A DNA stretch of 62,358 nt. It comes from Candidatus Kaiserbacteria bacterium (lineage in GTDB: Bacteria; Patescibacteriota; Minisyncoccia; Phycocordibacterales; UBA2100). Where the stretch lies: NCBI GenBank assembly GCA_028286865.1, contig JAQBQU010000016.1, positions 1-62,358 of the forward strand, given 5' to 3'. Made by a program: the position numbers and the translations under genes. The notes below the pieces were generated by a model. The model did not search any database, had not been told where the DNA came from, and worked only from the letters and a program-made list of their open reading frames with translations. Below are positions 14,776 to 24,387 of this stretch, one piece after another. Each line of letters starts with the position of its first letter. The first letter of the stretch is position 1.

Positions 14776-16305
14776 TTATTTTGCGTATTCGATGACGCGC
14801 ATTTCGCGAATGACCGATACTTTGATCTCTCCTGGATACTGAAGCTCTTTTTCGATCTTATCGGCGATCGTACGAGCGAGCTGACGTGCTTCGAGGTCGG
14901 TGCATGCTTCCGGCTTCACGATGACGCGAAGCTCGCGGCCTGCAGCGATGGCAAAGCTCTTCTCAACGCCCGGCTCTGAATTGGCCAAACCTTCGAGCTC
15001 CTCAAGTCGCTTGATGTAATTCTCTACAGAGTCGCGGCGCGCTCCCGGACGGCCTCCTGAGATGGCGTCGGCGACCTGCACGATCATTGATTCGGGCGTT
15101 TCGTACGGATATTCCTCGTGGTGCGCCTGCATTGCCTTCACGACGGCTTCGGAGATACCGAATTTCTGAAGGATGCGACGTCCGATCTCGACGTGGGTAC
15201 CGGGGACCTCATGGTCTACCGCTTTGCCGATGTCGTGGAATAGTGCGCCGGCACGTGCGACCGCAACGTCGGCACCAAGCTCTTCGGCGAGCATCGCGGC
15301 GAGGTGCGATACCTCAACCGAGTGGTCGAGCACGTTCTGGCCGTAGCTGGTGCGGAAATAGAGCCGACCCAAGATCATGACGAGCTTCGGATCTAGGTTG
15401 GGGACCTTGGCTTCGTATGCGGCCTCGGCACCTTTCTTTTTGATGATGTTGTTGATCTCCTGCTCGGCTTTCTGCACTGCCTCTTCGATCTTCGCAGGTT
15501 GAATGCGGCCGTCGAGAATGAGATTCTCAAGAGCGATACGCGCGATCTGGCGGCGGATAGGGTCGTACGAAGAGAGGGTGAGTGTGCCCGGTGTGTCGTC
15601 GATTATCACATCAACGCCGGTCGCACGTTCGAACGAGCGGATGTTACGGCCTTCCTTACCGATGATCTTTCCTTTGATCTCATCATTCGGGAGCGACACG
15701 GTCGTCGCGAGCACGTCGGAGACGACGGAGTTGCCCAAGCGATGTACAGCGGTCGTAAGGATCTCGTTGGCGCGCTGTTCGAGCTTCTCATCGCTTGATA
15801 TCTCAAGCTTGCGCATGCGGCCTTCGAGATCGGTCTCATACTGCTTCTCGATCGACTGCATGAGATTGGTCTTCGCCTCATCCGCTGAAAGTCCGGCGAT
15901 CTTCTCAAGCTTTTCCTGCTGCGACTGGATCATCTTCTGTGCTTCGTCGCGCGCTCCCTGGACCTCTTCGTTCTTTCGAGAGAGTGACTCCTGTTCTGAA
16001 TCAAGATTGAGCTGACGCTTATCGAGCATCTCTTCCTTGCGGACGAGACGTTCTTCGGTCGTTTTGAGCTCGCGCTCTTTCTCCTTATATTCTCCCGACA
16101 TCTGCTCGGCCTTTTCGCGGCCGCGCTTTTCAGCCTCTGCGACGATCTTCTTGGACTGTTCTTCGGCATCGAGCATCATCTGACGTATCTCGAGTTCCAT
16201 CGATCCCTTTTTGCCGAGGGAAATGATGAGGCGCAGATAGTATCCGATGCCAATGCCTACAACGCCGGCTACGGCGAGGAGGGCCAAAATTATTTTTAAT
16301 GACAT
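14776..16305 (-). CDS. rny: ribonuclease Y
   Basis: 509 aa. It has an N-terminal TM helix, a coiled-coil, a KH domain (GKIIGKEGRNIRSFE) and an HD domain (HSVEVSHLAAMLA...FHDIGKA). Confidence 0.95.
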   Translation of the reverse strand: MSLKIILALLAVAGVVGIGIGYYLRLIISLGKKGSMELEIRQMMLDAEEQSKKIVAEAEKRGREKAEQMSGEYKEKERELKTTEERLVRKEEMLDKRQLNLDSEQESLSRKNEEVQGARDEAQKMIQSQQEKLEKIAGLSADEAKTNLMQSIEKQYETDLEGRMRKLEISSDEKLEQRANEILTTAVHRLGNSVVSDVLATTVSLPNDEIKGKIIGKEGRNIRSFERATGVDVIIDDTPGTLTLSSYDPIRRQIARIALENLILDGRIQPAKIEEAVQKAEQEINNIIKKKGAEAAYEAKVPNLDPKLVMILGRLYFRTSYGQNVLDHSVEVSHLAAMLAEELGADVAVARAGALFHDIGKAVDHEVPGTHVEIGRRILQKFGISEAVVKAMQAHHEEYPYETPESMIVQVADAISGGRPGARRDSVENYIKRLEELEGLANSEPGVEKSFAIAAGRELRVIVKPEACTDLEARQLARTIADKIEKELQYPGEIKVSVIREMRVIEYAK

Positions 16306-16470
16306 ACGCGTGGTATTTCCACGCGCTCGTTATGTACGCGAGAGCATTTTAGCCTTGTTTTGAGCCGTAAAACCCCGTATACCCCAATAAGCGCGAAGAA
16401 AATTTGAAATCATAAATGCTAAGGTGTACCCGTACTATACCACTCGCACTATAGGGGCGCTAGAAGAGAT

Positions 16471-17064
16471 CTAGCTCAACACCTTGTCGACAATGCCGTA
16501 TTCGGCCGCCTCTTTTGCTCCCATGAAGAAGTCGCGGTCCACATCGCGCTCGATCTTTTCCACCTTTTGACCGGTGTTTTTTGCGAGGATCTTGTTGAGC
16601 TGTTCGCGCATTTTAAGGATCTGCTTGGCGGTGATCTCGATATCAGATGCCATACCTTCTGCGCCTCCGGACGGCTGGTGGATCATGATCTCGGCATTTG
16701 GAAGCGCAAAACGCTTGCCTTTTTCACCGGCAGAGAGAAGTACCGCCGCCATGGACGCCGCCATGCCGACACAGGTGGTAGAAACATTCGGCTGGATGTG
16801 GTTCATGGTATCGAGGATCGCGAATCCGGCCGATACATGGCCGCCCGGGGAATTGATATAGAACGAGATGTCCTTCTTCGGGTCTTCCGAGGCCAAGTAG
16901 AGAAGCTGGGCGACGATGAGGTTCGCCACATCGCCGTCGATGGGGCCGCCGAGGAAGATGATGCGCTCTTTGAGGAGGCGTGAGTAAATGTCATACGCCC
17001 GCTCACCGAGCGAGGTTTTTTCGATGACCATGGGTACGAGCATGCTTGCGCGAGGTGTATTCAT
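16471..17064 (-). CDS. clpP: ATP-dependent Clp protease proteolytic subunit
   Basis: [37 protein letters not shown]...[11 protein letters not shown]...MIHQPSGG. The start is uncertain (ATG 17064 or ATG 17043). The track's longer N-terminal extension is not ClpP-like. Confidence 0.93.
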   Translation of the reverse strand: MNTPRASMLVPMVIEKTSLGERAYDIYSRLLKERIIFLGGPIDGDVANLIVAQLLYLASEDPKKDISFYINSPGGHVSAGFAILDTMNHIQPNVSTTCVGMAASMAAVLLSAGEKGKRFALPNAEIMIHQPSGGAEGMASDIEITAKQILKMREQLNKILAKNTGQKVEKIERDVDRDFFMGAKEAAEYGIVDKVLS

Positions 17065-17232
17065 ATAATGAGAGTGTATAGAAAAGAGAGTGGCGATGCA
17101 AACGGGGTATCTCGGCCGGACGAGCTTCATTTGCTTTTCATGCGAGAATATGCTATAATATAAAGAGTAATGCGTACTTGTGCTGCGTATAATCATTTGT
17201 CCCATAAACAACAACAGCAGGATACGGTACCC

Positions 17233-17508
17233 ATGAAGAAGGTTACTCGGGAAGACATCGAATCACGCGTCGAAGACGCGGGAAAGCTACTGAAGGAGCG
17301 TACACCGACACTACCGGTTCAGCCGGATGTGCTGCTGCAAGTCGCCGACGAGTCCAAGCTTCCGATCGGCAGCGCCGATCTGGCACGTGACCCCGTCGCC
17401 CGAACTGTGTTTATCGTCGCATTTGCGCCGCAAGCGACGGTCGAACGCCAGGCCGGCATCGACGCGATCTGTCGCTTGTTTCAGCACAGTGAAGCTGCTG
17501 CGGCGTAA
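17233..17508 (+). CDS. hypothetical small protein
   Basis: 91 aa from [11 protein letters not shown]. The same frame is open from ATG 17170, which sits 10 nt after a TGcTATAAT box (17151-17159), so the start is uncertain. A terminator follows. Confidence 0.45.
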   Translation: MKKVTREDIESRVEDAGKLLKERTPTLPVQPDVLLQVADESKLPIGSADLARDPVARTVFIVAFAPQATVERQAGIDAICRLFQHSEAAAA

Positions 17509-17531
17509 GACCCGATTGTTCCGTCAAATAA

Positions 17532-17558
17532 AAAACGGCGTCCTTGCGGCGCCGTTTT
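17532..17558. terminator. bidirectional terminator (AAAACGGCG...CGCCGTTTT)
   Basis: 9-bp stem with A/T flanks between the convergent 17233 ORF and tig. Confidence 0.7.
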
Positions 17559-17577
17559 CCATTTTAAAAAAAGATGA

Positions 17578-18675
17578 CTAGTGACTGTGTTCAGTGTGTC
17601 CGACCGGCTCGGTATTTCCTTCAAGAAAGCGAAGGGTCGCTTCGTTGCGCATCGCATGTGTGATGTGAGAGCGCAATGCCTGCTCGTCGGCTTTCGGATA
17701 GTGCTGGCGTGCGTGCACGAGCTCGTGTTCGAGCGCAGCCGGCTCCGGATTGAGATTTTCCTGACGCGCGATCTCGGCGAGGATGAGGCGGACCTTGGCG
17801 CGCTTATCAGCGGCATCTTTCCATTCTTCGCGCATTTCGTCACGTGTCTTCTTCACATCTTTCAGATATGCATCGAACGTCTGGCCCATACGAGACAGGT
17901 CGTCAGTAAGTCGCTGCTCCATTTCTTCGAGCTCGTACTCACGAAGGCTCGCCGGATATGAGATCTTTGCGTCTTTTACGAGTTCATCGAGGATCGCGGC
18001 GCGGACCTTTTCGGTGGCGCGAATCTTCTTCTCTTGCTGGATGTTCGTGCGGAGCGCTTCTCCGAATGCAGCGGTATCGGCATATCCGAGCGACTGTACG
18101 AAAGCGTCATCAAGCTCCGGAAGGTCCTTTACGTCCATCGCCTTGGTCTCATCGGCCGCTTTTTGTGGTTCAGTGCCTGCTTCTATCTTGTCGATACGGG
18201 CGCGCTCGCGGCGGATGTGAGCAAGGGCCTCGGAGTGCTCAGAGTCGGTCACGGCCGTATCCTCCTCCTTCTCGGTGTGTTTCTTAGAGATCTTGGCATA
18301 GTCGGGGAGCTTGATGACCGGTGCGAGTGCCGCGCGTGCAGTGAAAGAAAGGGGCTTTCCCATCTCCGGCACATCGGTCGTCACTTTCGGGGCTTCGACG
18401 ATCGCGATATTCTCCGATGCTACCAAAAGTGGAAGCTCGGCCTGGATCGCTTCTTCAGCTGCCTGGCGCATGATCGCGGACTCTCCGTATACGCGTACGA
18501 TAGCGTCTTCAGGGGCGTGGCCCACGCGAAAACCGTCGAGCTTGGCCGTCTTCTGGATGGTCTTGATCGCTTTGGCTCGGTAGGTAGCGAGGGACTCCGC
18601 CGGGATCTGGGCCTTTATCTCGACTTCCCACGTCTTCTCATCGCGCGTGACCTCTATATTGGTTGCAGTTTTCAT
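17578..18675 (-). CDS. tig: trigger factor, short form apparently lacking the PPIase domain
   Basis: 365 aa. The ribosome-binding signature DGFRVGHAP and the C-terminal chaperone arm (LPELDDAFVQSLG...) are present. TACACT lies 6 nt before the ATG. Confidence 0.88.
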   Translation of the reverse strand: MKTATNIEVTRDEKTWEVEIKAQIPAESLATYRAKAIKTIQKTAKLDGFRVGHAPEDAIVRVYGESAIMRQAAEEAIQAELPLLVASENIAIVEAPKVTTDVPEMGKPLSFTARAALAPVIKLPDYAKISKKHTEKEEDTAVTDSEHSEALAHIRRERARIDKIEAGTEPQKAADETKAMDVKDLPELDDAFVQSLGYADTAAFGEALRTNIQQEKKIRATEKVRAAILDELVKDAKISYPASLREYELEEMEQRLTDDLSRMGQTFDAYLKDVKKTRDEMREEWKDAADKRAKVRLILAEIARQENLNPEPAALEHELVHARQHYPKADEQALRSHITHAMRNEATLRFLEGNTEPVGHTEHSH

Positions 18676-18714
18676 CGCAGGAGTGTACGCGAAATCTCCG
18701 TGAACCGCAATTTA

Positions 18715-18933
18715 TCAGTTCGTGCCGGTGCTGCTCGGGATAAGCGGAAGCTGGTCCTGCTGTTTATTTAACTGTGCGCCCCAGAAATATAAGGCACCAA
18801 ATATAAGAAGAATGACGATAATGATAATGCCGACGGTGGGACCCGCGCCGCCTTTTCGGGGCTGGTCAACATAAGAAAAGCTCGGCCTTTGTTCAGCGGG
18901 CGGCTGGACGGGAGGAGTGACTTGCGGAGGCAT
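18715..18933 (-). CDS. small Pro-rich single-pass membrane protein
   Basis: 72 aa: MPPQVTPPVQPP...GPTVGIIIIVILLIFGALYFWGAQL. TACTAT lies 6 nt before ATG 18933. The longer track ORF (to 19410) would run antisense through the neighbouring gene. Confidence 0.6.
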   Translation of the reverse strand: MPPQVTPPVQPPAEQRPSFSYVDQPRKGGAGPTVGIIIIVILLIFGALYFWGAQLNKQQDQLPLIPSSTGTN

Positions 18934-19032
18934 ATATCTATAGTACACCCTCGTTCCGCTGCCCGCGTACTTCCAAAGCGGGGGATAGGCGCAATTTGAG
19001 TTTTGGACGCAGGCTCGTATACTGCGCACCAT

Positions 19033-19962
19033 ATGGCTACACCTCGAAAAGTCTTCGGACACCTTTCTCCCGACACCGACACGGTCTGCTGTGCCATCTT
19101 GTGGGCGTGGTATCTGAACACGCACGCAAAAATGCCGGCGCTCGCGTATCGCCTCGGAGAACTTAACAAAGAGACGCGCTTCGTGCTCGACCGCTGGCAG
19201 GTGCCGCATCCGGCACTGCTCGAATCGGTGAGCGCGGAAGATGAGGTGACTATCGTCGATACGAACAATCCGCAGGAACTCTTCGAGAATATCAATGACG
19301 CAAAGATCATCGAGATCATCGATCACCACAAGCTCGTGGGCGGCCTCAAGAGCGAGGCTCCGATCATGATGACGATCCGTCCGCTCGCATCGACCGCGTC
19401 GGTGATACATGACCTCATGGCTCCTGCCGCCACCGTGCTTCCGACCGAAATGGCGGGCCTCATGCTCTCATGCATCCTCTCCGACACGCTCGAATTCCGC
19501 TCCCCGACAACGACTCCGTATGACAAAGAGATCGCAACGAAGCTCGCGCTGCAGCTCGGAGTCAATATGACGACCTACGCGAACGAGATGTTCGCGGCGA
19601 AATCGGATGTCTCTGAGTATTCGGGAGCCGCACTCATTACACTCGACAGCAAGGTATTTCCCGTAGGCGAGAAAAATATTCGCGTTTCCGTGCTTGAGAC
19701 AACAACACCGGAAACTGTTCTCGCGCGCAAGGACGAACTCGTCTCTGCGATCAAGGCAAATCTTGCCGCGGAAAAAGGTACAGATGACGTACTCATGTTC
19801 ATTGTCGATATTCTCAAAGAAGAAGCGACCGTACTTGTGTATAACGACCTCACCAAGCAAATAATCAAAGCGTCATTTAATGTCGATGTATCTGGCGAAA
19901 CCGTTGTATTGCCCGGCATCGTCTCGCGCAAGAAGCAGATCGTGCCGGCACTTAAAATATAG
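19033..19962 (+). CDS. DHH/DHHA2-family phosphoesterase (family II inorganic pyrophosphatase-like)
   Basis: FGHLSPDTDTVCCAI, IIDHHKL (DHH motif) and a C-terminal DHHA2-like region. Start chosen at MATPRKVFGH. Confidence 0.8.
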   Translation: MATPRKVFGHLSPDTDTVCCAILWAWYLNTHAKMPALAYRLGELNKETRFVLDRWQVPHPALLESVSAEDEVTIVDTNNPQELFENINDAKIIEIIDHHKLVGGLKSEAPIMMTIRPLASTASVIHDLMAPAATVLPTEMAGLMLSCILSDTLEFRSPTTTPYDKEIATKLALQLGVNMTTYANEMFAAKSDVSEYSGAALITLDSKVFPVGEKNIRVSVLETTTPETVLARKDELVSAIKANLAAEKGTDDVLMFIVDILKEEATVLVYNDLTKQIIKASFNVDVSGETVVLPGIVSRKKQIVPALKI

Positions 19963-19974
19963 ATCTCATATAAC

Positions 19975-20004
19975 AAAAGAGCCCTTTTCGGGGCTCTTTT
20001 GTTT
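19975..20004. terminator. bidirectional terminator AAAAGAGCCC-ttttc-GGGGCTCTTTT
   Basis: Stem-loop with A/T flanks between the convergent phosphoesterase gene and nusA. Confidence 0.75.
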
Positions 20005-20009
20005 GAAAA

Positions 20010-21353
20010 TTATTCGGCGTCTTTTTCTTTATCCTCAGTCGTTTCTTCCTGCTGCTCCTCTACTTTTTCGTCAGCGACGTCGCGGTCTTGTGCGACAGGA
20101 TCGATGTTCGCTTCACCGGTGTCGGACGCTTCATTGTCATCGCCCGAGATATCCTTCTTCGCTTCCTCAAAGGTATCTTCGGTAGCGGAAACATTTTCAA
20201 CATCAGTTGGCTGTGATTTTGTAGCTTCGGCACCGTCGGTCGATGCGACATTTTCACCGCCCATGGAGCGGATATCGATCTTCCAGCCGGTGAGGCGTGC
20301 CGCGAGGCGCACGTTCTGGCCGCCGCGGCCGATCGCGAGCGACTGCTGGTCTTCAGCGACGGAAACGACTGCGCGATTCTCCGATTCGAAGAGTTCGATC
20401 GAAAGGACCTGGGCAGGCTTGAGCGCTTCTTTGACGAAATCTCCGGTGGTCGCAGACCACTCGACGACATCGATCTTCTCTCCGCCGAGCTCCGAGGTGA
20501 CGACGGCAACGCGAACGCCACGCTGACCGACGAGGGCACCTACCGGGTCGACGTGACTGTCATTGGAGAATACGGCGATCTTGGCACGACTGCCCGGCTC
20601 GCGGACGATACCTTTCACTTCAACGACACCGGACGCCATTTCGGGCACTTCGGTCTCGAAAAGCTTGGTGAGGAAGCGTGGGTGTGAGCGGGAAAGGCGG
20701 ATGAATGTGCCGCGGATCCCTTCATCGACGCGCAGCAAGAGTGCGCGGACGCGCTCTCCTTGTCGGTAGCGTTCGCCCGGGATCTGTTCGTCGTACGGCA
20801 AGATGGCGGTCGCGCGACCGAGGTCGATGTAGAGATTACCGCGCTCGAAGCGCTGGACGTGGCCGGTGACGATCTCTCCTTCGCGTGCACCGTATTCCTG
20901 GATGATGGAAGCGCGTTCTGCTTCGCGGACCTTCTGCATGATGACCTGTTTCGCTGCCTGGGCGGCGATGCGTCCGAAATCTTCCTGGGTCTCGAGCGGG
21001 AATGAGATCTCTTCGTCGAGTGCGGCGTCGCGCTTAATGCGGCGGGCATCTTCGATCATGATGTGCTGTTCCGGATTGAAGCGGGAGCGGTGATCGTCAT
21101 CGCCGGAAGACTCTTCGTCCTCTTTGCGGACGAGTGTCGCATCCACGACGATCTTCGCCTGGCGGAATTCCATGTCTCCGGTCTCCGCATTGAAGGTGGC
21201 ACGGATGATCTGGCCGCGCTTTCCGTATTCACGGCGGTATGCGGCGGCGAGTGCCGTCGCAAGGGCGTCGACCACGCTTTCGCGTGAGATACCGCGCTCG
21301 TGCTGCAATTCGTCGAGAGCGGAATTGAGGGTCTTGAGGTCGAAGAGTGCCAT
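20010..21353 (-). CDS. nusA: transcription termination/antitermination factor NusA with acidic C-terminal tail
   Basis: It has a NusA N-domain, an S1 domain and two KH domains (GPGSRAKIAVFS..., AIGRGGQNVRLAARLTGWKIDI). Start at MALFDLKTLNSALDEL. Confidence 0.93.
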   Translation of the reverse strand: MALFDLKTLNSALDELQHERGISRESVVDALATALAAAYRREYGKRGQIIRATFNAETGDMEFRQAKIVVDATLVRKEDEESSGDDDHRSRFNPEQHIMIEDARRIKRDAALDEEISFPLETQEDFGRIAAQAAKQVIMQKVREAERASIIQEYGAREGEIVTGHVQRFERGNLYIDLGRATAILPYDEQIPGERYRQGERVRALLLRVDEGIRGTFIRLSRSHPRFLTKLFETEVPEMASGVVEVKGIVREPGSRAKIAVFSNDSHVDPVGALVGQRGVRVAVVTSELGGEKIDVVEWSATTGDFVKEALKPAQVLSIELFESENRAVVSVAEDQQSLAIGRGGQNVRLAARLTGWKIDIRSMGGENVASTDGAEATKSQPTDVENVSATEDTFEEAKKDISGDDNEASDTGEANIDPVAQDRDVADEKVEEQQEETTEDKEKDAE

Positions 21354-21547
21354 ATTGATTATGTTGTAAGTCTTTGTAATGGGCCTCAGGCCCGGCTTTT
21401 TAAAAAAAGCGCCCGCCAGAGGCGGAACTTGTATATATAGTATACGCCCGCCGGGATAAAACGTCAATAACCCCGAGAACGCCTGTTTATTGCGCTATTT
21501 GCCGCCCGGAGTACTATTTCTGGAGCAAACGCCCCGGGAGGGACACC

Positions 21548-22018
21548 ATGAGCACCTTTGTAACGGCCCCGACCACCGCCGCACCATGCCCCGTCTTCGT
21601 GTCGATGTGCGTCAATTATGGCCCCTTGAAGCTCTATTGGTATCAGGTGAGAGAAGTGGGTACGCCATTGTTCACCGGAGAAGGGTGGCTCGTTCCGATC
21701 CGCTATGGACCGGGCACGCGGTACGCACTCCTTCACTATCGCTTCGGAGAAGGTGCCGCACTGCGGTTCGATAAGCTCATCGAGGTCGCGCCGAACGACG
21801 GAAAAGCAGCCTGGTACCTGCAAAACAGCTCGGCAATGCCGCGTATCATTTCCGCCGACCAACACTCTGTGGTCCTCGAAGTCTATGAAGAGGTGGAAAC
21901 CACCGACGAGGAGTACGCGTTCCACGGAAGCGAAACGAAAGATGTCGCGTCAAAGACAACACTGTTCGGGATCTTGGGTCCGCGCAAAGAGCGGCGCGAT
22001 ACGATCGAGCACGCGTAA
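21548..22018 (+). CDS. hypothetical protein
   Basis: 156 aa. A GGGAGGG SD lies 6 nt before the ATG and a hairpin terminator follows. No recognisable motif. Confidence 0.55.
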   Translation: MSTFVTAPTTAAPCPVFVSMCVNYGPLKLYWYQVREVGTPLFTGEGWLVPIRYGPGTRYALLHYRFGEGAALRFDKLIEVAPNDGKAAWYLQNSSAMPRIISADQHSVVLEVYEEVETTDEEYAFHGSETKDVASKTTLFGILGPRKERRDTIEHA

Positions 22019-22040
22019 AGAAGGACATGTCGAATACTGC

Positions 22041-22079
22041 TGAGGCGCCCCGTGGATCGGAGCGCCTCAAACCTTTTTG
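22041..22079 (+). terminator. rho-independent terminator
   Basis: TGAGGCGC...GCGCCTCA stem followed by TTTTT. A TGaTATAAT box (22081-22089) follows immediately. Confidence 0.65.
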
Positions 22080-22100
22080 CTGATATAATAATGAGGATCT

Positions 22101-23840
22101 ATGTACATTTCTGATACACATCTCAAGTCATTTCTTGCTGATGCGGGGCTCGTGTCGGCAAAAGATTTTGATGCCGCGGAAACTGAGGCAAAAGAGTCGG
22201 GGCGCTCGGTCGGAGATATTCTCACGTCCCACAATGAGATCGGTGAAGACGAGCTGCGCCGTACGTACGCGTACATTCTCGGCATCCCGTTCGTCTCGCT
22301 CGCCGGCATCTCCATCAAATACGAGACGCTCTCGCTCATTCCCGAGCCGGTCGCGCGCCGCAACAACATCATTGCCTACAACCACCGCGGCGACGAACTT
22401 GAGGTCGCCATGCTCGACACCGACGACCTGGCTGCGATCGATTTCATCAAGAAAAAGACGCATTTGAAGGTGCAGGCGCGTCTGACGGATGCGGCATCGA
22501 TCAAATACGCACTCAAGCTCTATCAGCAGTCGCTCAAAGATAATCTCGGCGACGTCATTCAGCGCGAGACGGCGGCACTTGAACACACGACCGGGGAGGG
22601 AAAGGAAGAAGATCTCAAACAGATGGCCGAAGGAGTGCCTGCGGTGCGCATCGTTGATACGCTTCTGCGACACGCTGCGGCGCAGGGCGCATCGGATATC
22701 CATATCGAGCCGCTCGAAGATTCGCTTTTGATCCGCTATCGCATCGACGGCATCCTTCACGACGCGATGTCGCTGCCAAAACACGCGGCTGCCGCGATCA
22801 CCGCGCGTTTGAAAGTGCTTTCGAATCTTCGTCTCGACGAAAAGCGACTTCCCCAAGACGGCCGCTTCGGTACCGAAGCCTCCGGCGAGCGGGTGTCCTT
22901 CCGTGTATCGATACTACCGACATATTTCGGCGAAAAGATCGTGATGCGCCTTTTGCGCGACTCGATATCGGGCTTCACGCTCGAATCGATCGGCTTCCAT
23001 GGAGCGGCACTCGAGCGCATGCACGATGCGATGCGCAAGACCACGGGGCTCGTCCTCACGACAGGGCCGACCGGCGCCGGTAAATCCACAACACTCTATA
23101 CGCTCCTCGATATCATCAATACGCCGGATAAGAATATTTCCACGATCGAGGACCCGATCGAATATCAGATGGCGCGCGTGAATCAGACGCAGGTGCGCCC
23201 CGAGATCGGCTTTACCTTCGCCAACGGACTCCGAAGCCTCGTGCGTCAGGATCCGGACATCATCATGGTCGGAGAAATTCGCGATAAAGAAACGGCGAGC
23301 CTCGCGATCAATGCGGCGCTCACGGGGCATCTCGTGCTCTCGACCCTTCACACCAATTCCGCATCGGGAGCGATCGCGCGCTTGCTCGATATGGGAGTGG
23401 AACCGTTCCTCTTGCTCTCAACGCTTCGTGTGATCATCGGTCAGCGCTTGGTGCGCAAGCTCGCGCCCGATCGAGAGCAGTACGAACTCTCGCGCGACGA
23501 ACAGACGCGACTTGAGAGCGTCGTCGACGCCGGTTCGGTCCTGCGCGCGCTCAAGGAGGAGAAAGCGGTGCCGCCCACCGCGACCTGGAAGAATATTCCT
23601 TTCTATAAGGCCAAAGAGGGCGGGCAATCGCCGAGCGGATACTCGGGGCGCATGGGCATCTACGAGGTCTTGCCGATCACTGCCACGATAAAGGAGCTGA
23701 TCATCGCAAATGCCACGGGAGATGCGATCGAAGCACAGGCACGCAAAGAGGGGATGCTCACGATGAGCGAAGACGGTATTTTCAGAGCTGCTCAGGGCGT
23801 AACTACTATTGAGGAGGTGCTTCGGGTGATCACTGAGTAG
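22101..23840 (+). CDS. pilB: type IV pilus / type II secretion assembly ATPase (PilB/GspE family)
   Basis: 579 aa. It has a T2SSE N-terminal domain, Walker A GPTGAGKSTTLYT, Asp box, Walker B and His box. Confidence 0.93.
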   Translation: MYISDTHLKSFLADAGLVSAKDFDAAETEAKESGRSVGDILTSHNEIGEDELRRTYAYILGIPFVSLAGISIKYETLSLIPEPVARRNNIIAYNHRGDELEVAMLDTDDLAAIDFIKKKTHLKVQARLTDAASIKYALKLYQQSLKDNLGDVIQRETAALEHTTGEGKEEDLKQMAEGVPAVRIVDTLLRHAAAQGASDIHIEPLEDSLLIRYRIDGILHDAMSLPKHAAAAITARLKVLSNLRLDEKRLPQDGRFGTEASGERVSFRVSILPTYFGEKIVMRLLRDSISGFTLESIGFHGAALERMHDAMRKTTGLVLTTGPTGAGKSTTLYTLLDIINTPDKNISTIEDPIEYQMARVNQTQVRPEIGFTFANGLRSLVRQDPDIIMVGEIRDKETASLAINAALTGHLVLSTLHTNSASGAIARLLDMGVEPFLLLSTLRVIIGQRLVRKLAPDREQYELSRDEQTRLESVVDAGSVLRALKEEKAVPPTATWKNIPFYKAKEGGQSPSGYSGRMGIYEVLPITATIKELIIANATGDAIEAQARKEGMLTMSEDGIFRAAQGVTTIEEVLRVITE

Positions 23841-23928
23841 TCTCTTGCCAAAGTAGATTTTGTATGGTTTGCTCCCTCAAGTTACGGGCTTAATGCCCAT
23901 CACTTTAACTTGATGGAAGGTTCATCAA

Positions 23929-24273
23929 ATGGTCAGAAATGTGATCTGGAGCGGTCTGTTGATCGCGCTGCTTAGCTTCTCAGCGGGCTATATCCCCGTA
24001 TTGCACGTCCAAGGTCTGGATCCGGGCCTTGCGCGCAATGTGTGCGCTTTTGCACTGATGCTGTCCATTGTTTTCATTCTCGTCGAATTCAAAGTGCCAG
24101 ACGTGTTGATCGACGTACTCATTATTGCGGCAGCAGGAGTATGCTGGTATTTGAAAAGTACCAGTTTTGCGTCCCTGATGCCGTCGTGGACTGCAGATGC
24201 TTCCGTACTGACCGCCGTCGGAATCTTATTCGCGGTCTTCGCGATCAAAGACCTCCTTGTCTATCGAAAATAA
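23929..24273 (+). CDS. hypothetical integral membrane protein
   Basis: 114 aa with about 4 predicted TM helices. A GGAAGG SD lies upstream and a terminator downstream. Confidence 0.6.
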   Translation: MVRNVIWSGLLIALLSFSAGYIPVLHVQGLDPGLARNVCAFALMLSIVFILVEFKVPDVLIDVLIIAAAGVCWYLKSTSFASLMPSWTADASVLTAVGILFAVFAIKDLLVYRK

Positions 24274-24298
24274 ATAGCGAACTGCGACCGCAAAAAGC

Positions 24299-24329
24299 AA
24301 AGGCCCGGGATTTCCGGGCCTTTTGATTT
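24299..24329 (+). terminator. rho-independent terminator
   Basis: GGCCCGG-gattt-CCGGGCC stem followed by TTTTGATTT. Confidence 0.65.
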
Positions 24330-24387
24330 GTATACATTATTTATTTTTTGTGCACAGCGTTGATGTTTTGCACGATATACTTATGCG

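Noticed and set aside
18934-19410. N-terminal 159-aa extension of the 231-aa minus-strand ORF 18715-19410.
   Set aside because: The extension runs antisense through the start of the well-supported DHH/DHHA2 gene and is Arg/His/Cys-rich. A TACTAT-N6-ATG signal supports the internal start at 18933, which gives a plausible 72-aa membrane protein.
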